From an uncultured delta proteobacterium (lineage in GTDB: Bacteria > Myxococcota_A > Polyangia > Fen-1088), in NCBI GenBank assembly GCA_963737265.1, contig CAVTRY010000011.1:1312001-1376000 (forward strand): a stretch of 64,000 bases of DNA, given 5' to 3'. Below the pieces are notes generated by a model that saw only the letters and a list, made by a program, of their open reading frames with translations, was not told where the DNA came from and made no database searches. Positions 1 to 11,513 of the stretch are shown here, one piece after another. Each line of letters begins with the position of its first letter. The stretch's first letter is position 1. The position numbers were made by a program, and so were the translations under genes.

Positions 1-142
1 GATGGCGGCTCCGGCGCAGCATGTTTCCGACTTCCTTTAGGACAGCAATGATCTTCTTCGGTCGCGGGGTTCTGCTCGCATACCATGTTCCAGTCTTCGA
101 ACTCCGTTCCCAACGGAACTCGAATCCCAGAAACGCAAAGCA
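1..142 (-). pseudogene. Group II intron reverse transcriptase/maturase fragment (RT domain 7 into thumb/X domain); runs off the window edge
   Basis: Manual translation of the minus strand gives CFAFLGFEFRWERSSKTGTWYASRTPRPKKIIAVLKEVGNMLRRSRH. FxFLGF followed by P-x-KK is typical of LtrA-like RTs. The upstream in-frame sequence is not RT-like, so it is 5'-truncated. Not in the ORF track. Confidence 0.6.
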
Positions 143-295
143 GCGGTGGAGAGGCAGGCAGCAAGGAGCACGATCGGCCGAAGGGACCGAAGCACATCCG
201 CCTCCAGTGAGCCGCCATCCGACGGCAAACTACATAGTAGTCGATCCATCAGCGGCGACGCGCACGCGCCGCCAGTCAGCGGCTTGTTCGGCGCT

Positions 296-691
296 TCAGT
301 TGATGTCGTGAACCATGTTGTGGCACTTGTCCGGCGCACGCCCTTCCGATACGCCTCCAAGCAGGTCGAGCTTGTTCTTCCGACGGTATCGCTCCCATTC
401 ACGCTCCCGGTCTTCAACCGCTTCGATGGTGTCGATGCCAAAACGGCGCACGGAGATCAACATGGCCCGAACCGAAATGACGGGCGGCTTTGCCGGGCCC
501 ACGTGACCACACCCCGGACAGCGGAACACAGGAGGTAGAATCCCACGACCCTGGCGAATCTCGTCGAGGCTGCTCTGGAGAAGGTCCCGAAGTTCCACGA
601 CAGATTGCCAAGAGAGATCCTGGCGCCATCGACTTCGCAGCATGTCCACGATCTCTGGGAACCAAATTTGGCTGCGCTCACCTGCTGCCAT
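296..691 (-). CDS. Hypothetical protein with CxxC (CPGCGH) motif
   Basis: 131-aa ORF with protein-like composition; GGAGG RBS-like sequence upstream of the ATG; lies downstream of the kinase on the same strand. Confidence 0.65.
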   Translation of the reverse strand: MAAGERSQIWFPEIVDMLRSRWRQDLSWQSVVELRDLLQSSLDEIRQGRGILPPVFRCPGCGHVGPAKPPVISVRAMLISVRRFGIDTIEAVEDREREWERYRRKNKLDLLGGVSEGRAPDKCHNMVHDIN

Positions 692-736
692 GCTGCCTCC
701 TCTTTGCGGCGATGGTCTTGTTCGCGTTGGACATGC

Positions 737-2626
737 TCACCTTCGCCGTCGCCTCGTCGCCGGCGCGGGTGGCGGCGCGCCCAGGGCGGTCAGGGCGGCG
801 TCGATGTCTTTGATGATGCACGAGTTGCCGCCGCCGCCGATAAGTCCGCCGAGCAAGCCGCCGCGACTGTAGCGGGCGCGCCTGAGGTGCTCGATGGCAC
901 GCGCGTCGCCGGACGCGCCCAGCTTTTGCACGGCGATGCGCTTTTCGTCGCACGTGCGGCCTTGCGAAAGATCCAAGGCGTAGCTGCTGACGGCATCGAC
1001 CTTTTGTTTGCAAGCCAGCGCCTCGCAGGCTTCGCGCGCGGATTGGCGGAACTCGATGCGCCGGTCATCGGAGGCAAGGTCGGCCAAGATCTCGCACGCA
1101 GGTTTGCCGACTTGTTTGATCAAGACATCCAGGGCTAGCGGGCCCAGCCGCTTGTCGCCGAGCTGGGAGCGCACGTTGACCAAAAGAGCCGCGTCGCCGC
1201 GCAAGCCGGGATCGAGCCGGAGCGCTTCTTCGTAGGCCTGCAAGCCCGCCTCGGCGTTCTTGTCGGCGAAGTTGAGATTGCCGAGCAGATAGCGCACGCG
1301 CGCCTCGTCGGGATGGGCAGAAATCTGCTGCATGATGAGGACGCGCGCTTCGGTGAAGAGCCCCTTGGCCATGGTCTCTTCGATCTGTTTGATGGGCGAC
1401 TTCAGCTCGGCCGCGACCGGCTTGGGCCGCGGCGGCTCCAGCTTGGGCGAGGCGCCCTTGTGTCCACCCCGCGCTAGGACGAGCACGAATAGCAGCAGCA
1501 CGGCAATGCCCGGAACGACAAAGCGCCGCAACGCCTCGGGCACGTGCTTGAGTAGGGGATGCGCAACCTCGTCGATCTTGGCCTTGGCCCGACAGATGCC
1601 AGTCCAGGTCCGGCGCGCAAGCGCGACCACCGCCGGCCGCGTCGCCCAGATTTTCGCGCCTGCGGAAAAGCCCATGCGTATCGACGAGGCGGCAATGCGC
1701 GCGCCCCGCTCGGCCACGTCCGTGCGCGAACGCTCGATGGCTTCGCGAAACTCGGTTGCGCTTGCGTAGCGCCGGTCACGCTCCTTGTCGAGCACGCGCA
1801 TCACCACCGCTTCCAAGGCCGGCGGAATTCTGGCCTCGGGCGCGGCCTCAGCAAAACGGGGCGGCGGCGTGGTGATCTGCATGCCGAGCAGCTTCACCAG
1901 ATCGTCGCTCTCGAACGGCTTTCGGCCCGCCAGCATTTCGAACAGGATGATTCCGCACGAATAGAGATCGGCGCGGCCGTCTGCCTCTATCCCGGCCGCC
2001 TGCTCGGGCGACATGTAGGCCGGCGTTCCGAAAATCATCATCCCGCGCGTGAGCGGTTCGTCGCTGCCCGACGCCTGGGTCATCTTGGCGATGCCGAAAT
2101 CGAGGATCTTCACCGTCTCGGGCTGGCGCGGATCGGGATCTTTCACCAGCATGACGTTGGCTGGCTTGAGGTCGCGATGGATCACGCCTTGGCCATGGGC
2201 ATGTTCGAGAGCGCGCAGGATCTGGCCGGCGATGTGGCAGGCGCGCGCGACGTCCATGCGCCCCTCGCGGTCGAGCACCTCGGCCAGTGGCTCGCCGGCG
2301 ACGAATTCCATGACCAAGAACAAGCCGCCGATTGGATCGTGGCCGAAATCGGTGACCGAAATGATGTTCGGATGGTTGAGGCGACTGGCGGACTGCGCCT
2401 CACGCTCGAAGCGCCGCGCCGCATCAGGCACGTCGCTGAACTCCGCGCGCAACAGCTTGAGCGCGAGCACCTTCTTCATCAGGGTGTGCTCGACGCGGAA
2501 CACGGTTCCCATCCCGCCCTCGCCGATGCGCGCCAGGATGCGATAGCGCTCGCCGATGATGGCGTCGGCGAGCGGATCCTGCTCGACTTTCACCATCTGG
2601 GTCGGTTCCGTCTCTCGGTCGGACAT
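737..2626 (-). CDS. Membrane Ser/Thr protein kinase (Hanks type) with C-terminal TPR/HEAT-like region
   Basis: [20 protein letters not shown] and GTPAYMSPE motifs; hydrophobic segment [17 protein letters not shown]; start placed at ATG 2626 (MSDRETE). Confidence 0.93.
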   Translation of the reverse strand: MSDRETEPTQMVKVEQDPLADAIIGERYRILARIGEGGMGTVFRVEHTLMKKVLALKLLRAEFSDVPDAARRFEREAQSASRLNHPNIISVTDFGHDPIGGLFLVMEFVAGEPLAEVLDREGRMDVARACHIAGQILRALEHAHGQGVIHRDLKPANVMLVKDPDPRQPETVKILDFGIAKMTQASGSDEPLTRGMMIFGTPAYMSPEQAAGIEADGRADLYSCGIILFEMLAGRKPFESDDLVKLLGMQITTPPPRFAEAAPEARIPPALEAVVMRVLDKERDRRYASATEFREAIERSRTDVAERGARIAASSIRMGFSAGAKIWATRPAVVALARRTWTGICRAKAKIDEVAHPLLKHVPEALRRFVVPGIAVLLLFVLVLARGGHKGASPKLEPPRPKPVAAELKSPIKQIEETMAKGLFTEARVLIMQQISAHPDEARVRYLLGNLNFADKNAEAGLQAYEEALRLDPGLRGDAALLVNVRSQLGDKRLGPLALDVLIKQVGKPACEILADLASDDRRIEFRQSAREACEALACKQKVDAVSSYALDLSQGRTCDEKRIAVQKLGASGDARAIEHLRRARYSRGGLLGGLIGGGGNSCIIKDIDAALTALGAPPPAPATRRRRR

Positions 2627-2900
2627 GCTTTTGACCCGGCAGAGTACCACCGCCGCGGCGGGATATGCGAGCGTCAGGCGGCAATCGTGTGCGTTGCACG
2701 TGCCCGGGTTTTCATCCATCTCTCGGCGGACACACCCATGCGTGGCACGTCTCCCGACCCGCTCTGAGATGCCCTTGGGTTTCCGGCTGCTTCGGGCCGA
2801 ACCCACTCCGAACGGCTCGGGCCGACTTTCACCACGGGCTGCTACCGCAATATCAAGTGAGGCGCCTGGGTCGTCTTCGTGCTATGTCTCCGCCGCCCGT

Positions 2901-4781
2901 ATGAGTAGTACCGCCATTTCAACATCCCAATTGTCCGAACCCACCCCGCGCCGAAGCGATGTGCGGAATATCGCCATCATCGCGCACGTCGATCACGGCA
3001 AAACCACGCTGGTCGATGGATTCTTGCGCCAGGCAGGCACCTTCCGCACCGGCGAGGTGGTCGCCGATTGCGCGATGGATTCGAACGACCTCGAACGCGA
3101 ACGCGGCATCACCATTCTGGCGAAGTTCACCGCCATTACCTGGAAGGGTACCCGCGTCAACATCGTGGATACCCCTGGCCACGCGGATTTCGGCGGCGAA
3201 GTCGAACGCGTTCTCAAAATGGTCGATTCCGTGCTTTTGCTAGTCGACGCCTTCGAAGGCCCGATGCCGCAGACTCGCTTCGTCACGCGCAAGGCGCTGG
3301 CGTTGGGGCTGCGGCCCATCCTCGTGGTCAACAAAATCGATCGCGTGGGTTGCGATCCGGATGGCGCCGTCAATGACACCTTCGATCTCTTCTGCGCTCT
3401 CGGCGCCAACGAAGAGCAGCTCGATTTTCCCGTTATCTATGCCTCGGGTCGCGAAGGCTTTGCCGTGCGCCACCTGACCGACGAGCACAAGGATCTGTCA
3501 CCGCTGCTCGACCTCATCGTCGAGGCGGTGCCGCCGCCCGCCGCCGACGTGGAAGGTCCGCTCGCCATGCACGTGGCAACCCTCGACTACGACGATTACT
3601 TGGGCTACGTCGCCATCGGCCGCATGTTGTCGGGGCGCGTGCGCCAGGGCGAGCGCGTTCTGTGCGTCCACCGCGACGGCAAGCGCGAAGAATTCCGCGT
3701 GGCCAAGATCCTCGGCTACCAGTCGCTCAAACGCTTCGAGCTGTCCGAGGCCGTGGCGGGCGACATCTGCGCCATCACCGGCATGCAGGATCTAACCGTC
3801 GGCGAAACCATCACCGACATCGCTCGCCCCATCGTCCTGCCCCTGCTCGAAATCGAGGAGCCGACGGTGAAGATGCAGTTCATCTCCAACAACGGGCCGT
3901 TCGCGGGCAAGGAAGGCAAGTTCGTGACCTCGCGCAACCTGCGCGAGCGCCTATTCAAAGAGCTCAAGTCCAACGTCGCCCTGCGCGTGCTCGAGACCGA
4001 ATCGCCCGACACCTATGAGGTTCTCGGGCGTGGCGAGCTTCACCTTTCCGTGCTCATCGAGACCATGCGGCGCGAGGGGTACGAGCTCATGGTTTCCCAG
4101 CCTCAGGTCATCTTCAAGCAAGGCCCGAACGGCGAGAAGCTGGAGCCCTATGAGGATGTCGTGATCGACGTCGACGAGAAGTTCACAGGCGCGGTCATCG
4201 AAGAGCTGGGCCGCCGCGGCGGTCGCATGTCCGAAATGGGACCCGAGGGCGAAGGACGCATGCGCCTCGAATACGCCATGCCGTCGCGCGGGCTCATCGG
4301 CTACCGCTCGCAGTTCCTCACCGATACGCGCGGCACCGGCATCTTGCACCACAACTACAGCCACTACGGCCCCTACGCCGGAGTCTTCAAAGGGCGAGCC
4401 AACGGGGTTCTCATCGTCCAGGATCCCGGTACCACCAACACCTACGGCCTGTTTTACCTGCAGGAGCGCGGCGCGCTTCTCCTGGGTCCCACCATTCCGG
4501 TGTACGGCGGCCAGATCGTCGGATTGCACTCGCGCACCAACGACCTCATCATCAACCCGTCGAAGGCCAAGAAGCTCACCAACATCCGCACTACCTCCGC
4601 GGACGAAAAGCTCTTCCTCACCCCACCCATCGAGCTGTCGCTCGAGGCCGCGCTCGAACTCATCAACGAGGACGAATTGGTGGAAGTCACGCCGAAGAAC
4701 ATCCGCCTGCGCAAGCGCATTCTCGACCACAATGAACGCAAGCGGGTCGAAAAAGCCCGCGGTGTAGGATCCGAGGCCTAG
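2901..4781 (+). CDS. typA: Translational GTPase TypA/BipA
   Basis: [54 protein letters not shown] and [13 protein letters not shown] motifs; start placed at ATG 2901. Confidence 0.97.
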   Translation: MSSTAISTSQLSEPTPRRSDVRNIAIIAHVDHGKTTLVDGFLRQAGTFRTGEVVADCAMDSNDLERERGITILAKFTAITWKGTRVNIVDTPGHADFGGEVERVLKMVDSVLLLVDAFEGPMPQTRFVTRKALALGLRPILVVNKIDRVGCDPDGAVNDTFDLFCALGANEEQLDFPVIYASGREGFAVRHLTDEHKDLSPLLDLIVEAVPPPAADVEGPLAMHVATLDYDDYLGYVAIGRMLSGRVRQGERVLCVHRDGKREEFRVAKILGYQSLKRFELSEAVAGDICAITGMQDLTVGETITDIARPIVLPLLEIEEPTVKMQFISNNGPFAGKEGKFVTSRNLRERLFKELKSNVALRVLETESPDTYEVLGRGELHLSVLIETMRREGYELMVSQPQVIFKQGPNGEKLEPYEDVVIDVDEKFTGAVIEELGRRGGRMSEMGPEGEGRMRLEYAMPSRGLIGYRSQFLTDTRGTGILHHNYSHYGPYAGVFKGRANGVLIVQDPGTTNTYGLFYLQERGALLLGPTIPVYGGQIVGLHSRTNDLIINPSKAKKLTNIRTTSADEKLFLTPPIELSLEAALELINEDELVEVTPKNIRLRKRILDHNERKRVEKARGVGSEA

Positions 4782-4789
4782 CTAGCGCG

Positions 4790-5761
4790 GTGAAGAAGAT
4801 CCTGTGGAGGGTCATCCTCGGCGTCGCGGCTGGCGTGGCCATCTACGTCGGCTTTTCCATCTGGGCCGACGCCCGCAACGTCGGCCGCGCTCTGGCTGAC
4901 TTCCACTGGCCGATCGCGCTCGCCGCCCTGGGCTTGGCGTCGCTCAACTACGTCGTTCGCTTCGGGCGCTGGCACTACTACCTCAAGGTCCTCGGTCTCA
5001 AGGTTCCCGTGGGTCACAGCCTGCTGGTGTTTCTCGGCGGATTCTCGCTCACCGTGACCCCAGGCAAACTCGGCGAAGTGGTCAAGGCGCTCCTCCTGCG
5101 CGAGTCACACGGCATCCCCGCGGCAAGGACCGCGCCCATCGTGATCGCCGAGCGCTTTACCGACCTCGTGGGTTTGCTCCTGCTGGCCTGCGTGGGCATC
5201 TTCACCTTCAAGATCGACCCGCGCTTCCTGCTGGTGGGCGCCGGGCTGATAGGTTTCGGGCTGGTTGTCGTCTCGGTGGCGCCCGTCGCCGCCTTCGTCC
5301 TGCGCCTGGCCGCGCGCATTCCCGGCGTGCGCCGTTTCGCGCCTAAACTCGAGGAAGCCTACCGCACTACGGCCGAGCTACTGCGCCCACGCCCACTCAT
5401 CCTCGGCGTGTTGCTGTCGACCGTCAGTTGGTTCTTCGAATGCACGGCCTTCTGGGCCGTGGTGCATGGCTTTTCGGGGGCTTCCATCGACATCCAAGCT
5501 GCCACGTTCATTTACGCATCGATGACCGTGGCCGGCGCGCTCTCGTTCCTGCCCGGCGGGCTCGGCGTCACCGAGGCTGGCATGCTGGCCATGCTGGGCG
5601 AGCTTGGCACCGGCTGCAATCGCAGCGTCGCCGCCGCCGCCACCTTCGTCACGCGCCTGTGTACGCTGTGGTTCGCCGTTCTGCTCGGTATCGTCGCCCT
5701 GCTGATCTTCGCCCGGCAGACCAAGATCACGGTGAAAATCCCCGAAAAGACCCAAAAGTAG
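4790..5761 (+). CDS. Lysylphosphatidylglycerol synthase TM / flippase-like (UPF0104) membrane protein
   Basis: Multi-TM 323 aa; TPGKLGE, ERFTD and PGGLGVTE motifs. Confidence 0.85.
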   Translation: MKKILWRVILGVAAGVAIYVGFSIWADARNVGRALADFHWPIALAALGLASLNYVVRFGRWHYYLKVLGLKVPVGHSLLVFLGGFSLTVTPGKLGEVVKALLLRESHGIPAARTAPIVIAERFTDLVGLLLLACVGIFTFKIDPRFLLVGAGLIGFGLVVVSVAPVAAFVLRLAARIPGVRRFAPKLEEAYRTTAELLRPRPLILGVLLSTVSWFFECTAFWAVVHGFSGASIDIQAATFIYASMTVAGALSFLPGGLGVTEAGMLAMLGELGTGCNRSVAAAATFVTRLCTLWFAVLLGIVALLIFARQTKITVKIPEKTQK

Positions 5762-5947
5762 CAGCGCCAGTCTTCATTTCGCGACCCGCCGCCAGGCCAG
5801 CCGTGGCGATAACGGGCTTGTCATTGATGTAACCGGGCTAACGTCCCGAGATCAAACAGAAACGGGCTAAAGCTCCAGCTCGCTTCCGCCGAAGCATCTG
5901 CAATCGCGTTTTTGCACCAGCCCTCCTGACAGACAAGGACGTGTCCC

Positions 5948-6307
5948 ATGGCAGACGAGCTACGAATCAACATCTATAAAATCACCCGCGGCGCTTGCCG
6001 GAAGCTTCCAGGCCAGTGCCCCCATTCCGTATGCCGCTTCAACCTGACCGCCGAACGCCGGGACAACCGCGGCGCCAAGCCGTCGGAGATGCACCTTCCC
6101 GTCGTGCGCGAGGCCTGCGCCCTCGAGGCGGCGGAGCTCGGCGGCATGACCCTGGAGGAAATCGCCACGCGACTGTCGCTCACGCGCGAGCGCGTGCGCC
6201 AGATCGAGCTCGGCGCGCTCAAGAAGCTGTGGATGCGGCTCGGCGGGGCCGAAGGCGAAGAGGAGACGACGGTCGAAATCCGCCGGCCCTCGCGCATCGC
6301 CGCCTAG
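5948..6307 (+). CDS. Small Cys-rich protein with sigma-70 region-4-like HTH
   Basis: MTLEEIATRLSLTRERVRQIE resembles sigma region 4.2; N-terminal C..CP..C...C cluster; AAGGA RBS. Confidence 0.8.
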   Translation: MADELRINIYKITRGACRKLPGQCPHSVCRFNLTAERRDNRGAKPSEMHLPVVREACALEAAELGGMTLEEIATRLSLTRERVRQIELGALKKLWMRLGGAEGEEETTVEIRRPSRIAA

Positions 6308-6309
6308 CC

Positions 6310-6873
6310 CTATTCTTTCAGCTCGACCGACAACGACATCGTAATGTCCGTCGTCCAACTCGTGTTGGGCAACTGCCCACCTAGGTTGAACGTCACGACG
6401 ATCTTGCGCTGTTGCGTTTTGTCCGGCCGGAGAAGCGGCAGCATGTCCACCGGCTCTGGTAAGGGTACGGAAAAGACCGCGCCGCTGGGCGCGGTACCAC
6501 GCCGTTGGAAATCCGCGATCTCCACCTGCCGGTCGGACGGAAAGGCATCGACCGTATTGGTCGGCACGTAGGCAACCACGTGGAGGGTCTCGATGAAGGA
6601 AAGATTGGCGATACCACTCTTGGCTGTCAGGGTTAGCTTGTTGAGGTTGACCTCGGCGACCTGCTCCTGAAACGCGGGACTCGAGCTTGAACCTAGCTTG
6701 CTGCTGTCGAAGGCGAAGGAAAAGGGCACGGACATCGAGCCCGCGGGACCTGCCGCCGGCACCACAATGTCCGGACGAAGAACCTCGACATCGGAAAACT
6801 TCGCGTCGACGATGGGCGTGCATCCAGCCAGCGCCAGCACGGCCCACAGCCAGGCACAGGCGAAGGCGCGCAC
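6310..6873 (-). CDS. Hypothetical lipoprotein
   Basis: Signal peptide ending in lipobox LAGC; beta-rich mature part. Confidence 0.7.
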   Translation of the reverse strand: MRAFACAWLWAVLALAGCTPIVDAKFSDVEVLRPDIVVPAAGPAGSMSVPFSFAFDSSKLGSSSSPAFQEQVAEVNLNKLTLTAKSGIANLSFIETLHVVAYVPTNTVDAFPSDRQVEIADFQRRGTAPSGAVFSVPLPEPVDMLPLLRPDKTQQRKIVVTFNLGGQLPNTSWTTDITMSLSVELKE

Positions 6874-6876
6874 TAT

Positions 6877-7635
6877 CTAGAGTCCCCCGAACATGTAAAT
6901 CAGGCCAACCTTGGCCGACATCGTGTGTGCATTCACGCTGCCGTCCTGAGTGATGATCACGGAGGTGTTCGACTTGTCGATGACGACAGGTTGCGGAGCG
7001 CGCACGGTGCCGCGTAGATAGGTGTAGCCCCCGTGAGCAAACAGCGTGACGCTACCGATGGTCCAGTCGTAGCCGACGTGGGCGTTAAAGTACGTGTAGC
7101 CGAGCTGTTGAACGTAGGGCGCGACCCAGGATGGAACGCTGAAGAAATAGCGAACCACGCTCGTGGTGGCGGCGGTGTTGCAGTGGCCAACCTCGAAGCT
7201 GAAGGAAGGTCCCCAGCCCATGGGAACGAAGGACAAGCCACCGCGATAGTCCAAGCTCGCCGAATTGGATCCGGCCGACAGTCCGAGCCGCAACCATTCG
7301 GCGGGCGCAAGGACCACCCCCACATTCAGCCCGTCGGGCATGCCAACGTCGCTCGCCACGCCAAAAATATGCCGACTTGGTTCCTCCGACCTCGATGCGC
7401 GGGCTGCAATCACTGGCGTGGACAAGTCACCCTGGGTGCCGCCCGACGGCGTCGGAGTCGGGGCAGACGCCGGGGCGGGCACGACGGGGAGCGCGGGCCG
7501 ACGCATGGGCGTATAGGTAACTGTCGCGGGCGCGGACGGCGCGGCGGGCTCGGCCAGCGCCCCACCCGCACCGAGGACGAGCGCCGACCAGGCGATGAGC
7601 CCGCAGCCACAGGCAGGTCCGCGTCGTGACGACAT
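6877..7635 (-). CDS. Hypothetical exported / outer-membrane beta-barrel-like protein
   Basis: Signal-like N-terminus, Pro/Ala linker, amphipathic beta strands, aromatic C-terminal strand (GLIYMF). Confidence 0.65.
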   Translation of the reverse strand: MSSRRGPACGCGLIAWSALVLGAGGALAEPAAPSAPATVTYTPMRRPALPVVPAPASAPTPTPSGGTQGDLSTPVIAARASRSEEPSRHIFGVASDVGMPDGLNVGVVLAPAEWLRLGLSAGSNSASLDYRGGLSFVPMGWGPSFSFEVGHCNTAATTSVVRYFFSVPSWVAPYVQQLGYTYFNAHVGYDWTIGSVTLFAHGGYTYLRGTVRAPQPVVIDKSNTSVIITQDGSVNAHTMSAKVGLIYMFGGL

Positions 7636-7856
7636 CGACGCAATGATACCACCGGGCTTGACGGCGCGACGTCAGACTCCTGGTCACGGTGCAAATGTGG
7701 TGCGGTACCGCACATTCACGAGCACGCTTCTCGGTCATTCGCCGAGTGGAGCGAGAGGAGCAAGGCAGTCTTTCGCCAGCGTCACCCGAAAAATCGGTGC
7801 CGCACAAACGCGGCAATGAACGAATTCAGAGATATAATGCCGCCGGATTTAGAAAC

Positions 7857-9111
7857 ATGGATGATCCACGTCTACTCGCATTTATTATGGCTGGGGGCAA
7901 GGGAGAGCGGCTCTTTCCGCTGACCCGCGATCGCGCCAAGCCGGCCGTGCCCTTCGGGGGCCGCTATCGCATCATCGACTTCGTGCTGTCGAACATGCAC
8001 AACTCGGGTATCCGGGCTATCTACGTGCTCACCCAGTACAAAGCCCAGTCGCTGGTCGAACACACCCAACACACGTGGGGCACGCGCAGCACGCACGCCG
8101 ACTTCGTCACCATCGTGCCCGCGCAGATGCGCATGGGCGAGAGCTGGTATCGCGGGACCGCGGACGCCATTCACCAAAATTTTCACCTGGTTGAGGACTT
8201 TCGCCCCGATGTGGTGATCGTGTTCGGGGCCGACCACGTCTACAAGATGAACGTGCGCCAGATGGTCGAGTTCCACCTGGAAAAGGACGCGCTCGCCACC
8301 ATCGCCTGCCTGCCCGTGCCCATCAGCGAGGCTTCGCAGTTTGGCATCGTCGAAACCGACGTGAACGGGCGTGTCACCGGGTTCCAAGAAAAGCCAACCA
8401 GCAACGTCGTCACGATTCCGGGCGACCCCAATCACGCCCTGGCCTCGATGGGCAACTACACCTTTGCGCCTCTTCCGCTTCACGACGCCTTGGAATCGGA
8501 TTCGCAGCAAGATACCCACCACGACTTCGGCAAGAATATCCTGCCGTCGCTGGTCAAGAGCAACCGCGTATTCTGCTACGACTTCTCCCGCAACCGCATC
8601 CCCGGCGTCACCGAGAAAGGCGAGCTCGCCTATTGGCGCGACGTCGGAACCATCGAGGCCTACTACGAGGCCAACATGGATCTCAAGAACGTCCAACCGC
8701 ATTTCAACCTCTACAACTGGGAATGGCCCATCGTCAGCGTCAACTATCCCGATCCGCCTTCCAAGTTGGTTTTCGACGATGAACGCCGCCGTGGCATGCT
8801 CGTGCAGTCCATCATGTTCGAGCGGCTGCGTGATCGCCGGCGGCTTCGTCAAGGACTGCGTGCTCGGCCGCAACGTGTGGGTCGACGAGGGCGCCGAGGT
8901 CCGCGATTCCATCCTCTTCGACAACGTCCACGTGGGCAAAGGCGCGCGCATCCAGCGCGCCATCGTCGACAAGAACGTGCGCGTGGCCCCTGGCGACCAC
9001 ATCGGGCACGACCTGGCCCGCGATGCCGTCCGCCACCACGTCAGCCAGGGAGGAATCACCGTGGTCGGCAAAGCCCGTGACACCTGGCTAACCCGCGCCC
9101 GGAATTTTTGA
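7857..9111 (+). CDS. glgC: Glucose-1-phosphate adenylyltransferase (bacterial type); one extra base near 8817 splits the frame
   Basis: AGGKGERLFPLTRDRAKPAVPFGGRYRIIDF, WYRGTADA and YWRDVGT motifs. The C-terminal hexapeptide domain (SSGCVIAGG..AIVDKNV) continues in another frame after ATCATGTTCGAGC. Confidence 0.9.
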
Positions 9112-9180
9112 CATCTTTCGCCACGCCAAGAGGCGCGCCCGTGCAAATCGGGGCCGACCACGGTACAGTCGCCTCCGCCG

Positions 9181-11403
9181 ATGAAGAAACGCCAACCCAT
9201 CGCCCTGGTCGTCCATGGCCATTTCTATCAGCCACCCCGAGAAAATCCCTGGACGGATCACGTAGCGCGCGAGCCGAGCGCCGCCCCGTTCCCTAACTGG
9301 AACGCGCGCATTCACGCCGAGTGCTACCGGGCCAACGCCTACGCCCGCATCTACGGCCCCAAGCAGCACATCGTCTCGATCGTCAACAACTACGCGAAAA
9401 TGTCGGTCGACCTCGGTCCCACCTTGGCCCGCTGGCTTACACGCCACGACCCACAGGTGATGCGGCGAATCGCCGCGGGCGACTTCGACCAGCAGATGCT
9501 TCTCGGCGCCGGTGGGGCCATGGCCCAAGTCTGGGGACACGCCATCGCACCGCTGCTTTCGGCGCACGACCTGCGCACGCAGATTCTCTGGGGTTTGCAG
9601 GATTTCCGCCGACGCTTCGGCCACGACAGCGCCGGTATTTGGTTACCCGAAACGGCCGCCAACCGTCAAACCCTGGCGGCGCTCATCGACGCTGGCGTGC
9701 GCTTCACCATCCTGGCGCCCGAGCAAATCGAGGCCGTGCGCCCGCCCGACGGCACCTGGCAAGAAGTCACCACGGATAGCGTGGACACGGGACGACTCTA
9801 CCGATGGTCCCATCCCGACGGATCCGGCCGATCCATCACCCTCGCCATCTTCGACGGCCCGCTGTCGCGCGACCTGGCCTTTGGCACCGCCACCCGCGAC
9901 GCCACCAGCTTTCTCGAAGCCATGCGCCGCTCGGCCGAACGTTCGAAGGTCGATGGCAAACGCCTGGTGCTGGCGGCCTCGGACGGCGAGCTTTACGGCC
10001 ACCACAAGAAGTTCGCGGATCTGACGCTCGCCTACGCGGTGGCCGTGGCGGCGCCGACCGAGGACATCGAGGTCACGAACCTGGACGCGTTCTTGGCGAG
10101 CTCCCCGCCGACCTGGGAAGCTCGTCTGCGCCCGGGACCGAACGACGAAGGCACGGCCTGGAGTTGCGCCCATGGTCTCGGCCGCTGGCTACGCAATTGC
10201 GGCTGCCGCATGCAAGAGGTGAAGGGAAGCAGCCAGGCTTGGCGCGCACCCCTGCGCCAAGCGCTCGATCTCCTGCGCAACCGAGCCGTCGTTTTCTTCG
10301 AAGACGCCGCCGGCGATCTGTTCGCCGATCCGTGGCAGGCGCGCGATGCCTACGGGGAAGTCGCGGATGAGCCTCCCGAAGCACGAAAGAAGTTCCTGCG
10401 CGCGCTCGGCCGGCCCGACCTGCAGCGGGATCGCGGAGCGGCTTCGACGCGTGCCCTTCTGATCATGGAAATGCAGCGATCCTTGCTGCTGATGTACGCG
10501 AGCTGCGCCTGGTTCTTCGACGACATCGCCGGGCCCGAAACCGCGATCGTCTTGCGCAGGGCCGCCCATGCCATGGAGTTGTGGAAGAACCTCGGCGGCC
10601 GGCCGCCCACCAAGGCCGTCGTCGACATCCTCGCCAAGGGCAGCAGCAACCAAGCCAGCCTGGGAACCGGAGCGGACGCCTTTGCACGCGCCTCGGCCGA
10701 TCACGTGTCTCCCGAGCGCGCGGTGGCACGCGCGGCTTTCTCGCGGCTGGCAAACACGGGCACGGCGTCCGGGAACACAGACGTCCCGGGTTTCGCTGTG
10801 AATCTCAGTCACTCCACCAGGCGGAGCAAACGCCAGGGTCTCGCGGGCAAGGCCGCTGTCACCAACCAGCGCACGGGCGAAACCACGGTGCTGGCGTTCG
10901 CCGCTACCCACGATGGCAAGGCTGCATTCATCTGCCATGTCCACAACCAACACCTTGGGCTCGATGATCTCGACGACGAGGCCAAGCAGGCGTTACGCTT
11001 TGGCGCCCTGGTTCGCATGGCTGCGGACGCCACCACGGCAGTCGGATGTCGTGCACTGCTCACGGTGGCGGACAAGCTCGGCACGTGCAGCGCCAACGAA
11101 CAGACGGCGCTGGCCGGACTCTTTACCCGCGCCCTCGCCGTCTTTCTCGAACAGCGGCGGGCCTACGCGCAGGCCGACTGGCAGCTTGCGCTAGACCTCG
11201 GCGAGCGTGCCGGCCCGGTACAGTCGTCAGATGATTGGCGGCGCGTGCAGGAGATCGTCTGGGAACACCTGGAATCGCTGCGCGCCTCGCGCAAACCGCT
11301 ACCCGAGGCCCTGCGCGTCCTGGCGGAACGTCTCGATTTAGTCGAGCGCGTGGAACCCGCCGAACCGGTCGACAGCCCGACCGGCAAGCCCGCCAAGCCC
11401 TGA
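9181..11403 (+). CDS. DUF3536 domain-containing GH57-family glycoside hydrolase
   Basis: HGHFYQPPRENPW, WLPETA, DGELYGHH, WSCAHG..RW and MYASCAWFFDD motifs. Confidence 0.88.
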   Translation: MKKRQPIALVVHGHFYQPPRENPWTDHVAREPSAAPFPNWNARIHAECYRANAYARIYGPKQHIVSIVNNYAKMSVDLGPTLARWLTRHDPQVMRRIAAGDFDQQMLLGAGGAMAQVWGHAIAPLLSAHDLRTQILWGLQDFRRRFGHDSAGIWLPETAANRQTLAALIDAGVRFTILAPEQIEAVRPPDGTWQEVTTDSVDTGRLYRWSHPDGSGRSITLAIFDGPLSRDLAFGTATRDATSFLEAMRRSAERSKVDGKRLVLAASDGELYGHHKKFADLTLAYAVAVAAPTEDIEVTNLDAFLASSPPTWEARLRPGPNDEGTAWSCAHGLGRWLRNCGCRMQEVKGSSQAWRAPLRQALDLLRNRAVVFFEDAAGDLFADPWQARDAYGEVADEPPEARKKFLRALGRPDLQRDRGAASTRALLIMEMQRSLLLMYASCAWFFDDIAGPETAIVLRRAAHAMELWKNLGGRPPTKAVVDILAKGSSNQASLGTGADAFARASADHVSPERAVARAAFSRLANTGTASGNTDVPGFAVNLSHSTRRSKRQGLAGKAAVTNQRTGETTVLAFAATHDGKAAFICHVHNQHLGLDDLDDEAKQALRFGALVRMAADATTAVGCRALLTVADKLGTCSANEQTALAGLFTRALAVFLEQRRAYAQADWQLALDLGERAGPVQSSDDWRRVQEIVWEHLESLRASRKPLPEALRVLAERLDLVERVEPAEPVDSPTGKPAKP

Positions 11404-11513
11404 TCCCGCGACAGGCGCAGGGGGTTCGTGGTCGCACCGTGGCCGTGGCCGGAGCGATCACCGTCGGCCACACCGACGGCCAGGATCACGTTTCGCAGGA
11501 TTAGGCCGAATAG

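Noticed and set aside
225-296. attC-like start (GCCGAACAAGCCGCTG on minus) after the 131-aa gene
   Set aside because: There is no matching GTTRRRY end with proper complementarity, no other attC site and no integrase in the window.
1559-2767. Long antisense/alternate-frame ORFs (for example 1559-2767, 7872-9200, 14341-15552, 27681-29096)
   Set aside because: They are shadow ORFs typical of high-GC DNA, overlapping well-supported genes and lacking motifs.
8805-8830. Programmed frameshift in glgC
   Set aside because: There is no slippery heptamer; a single extra T in a contig with other indels is better explained by error or mutation.
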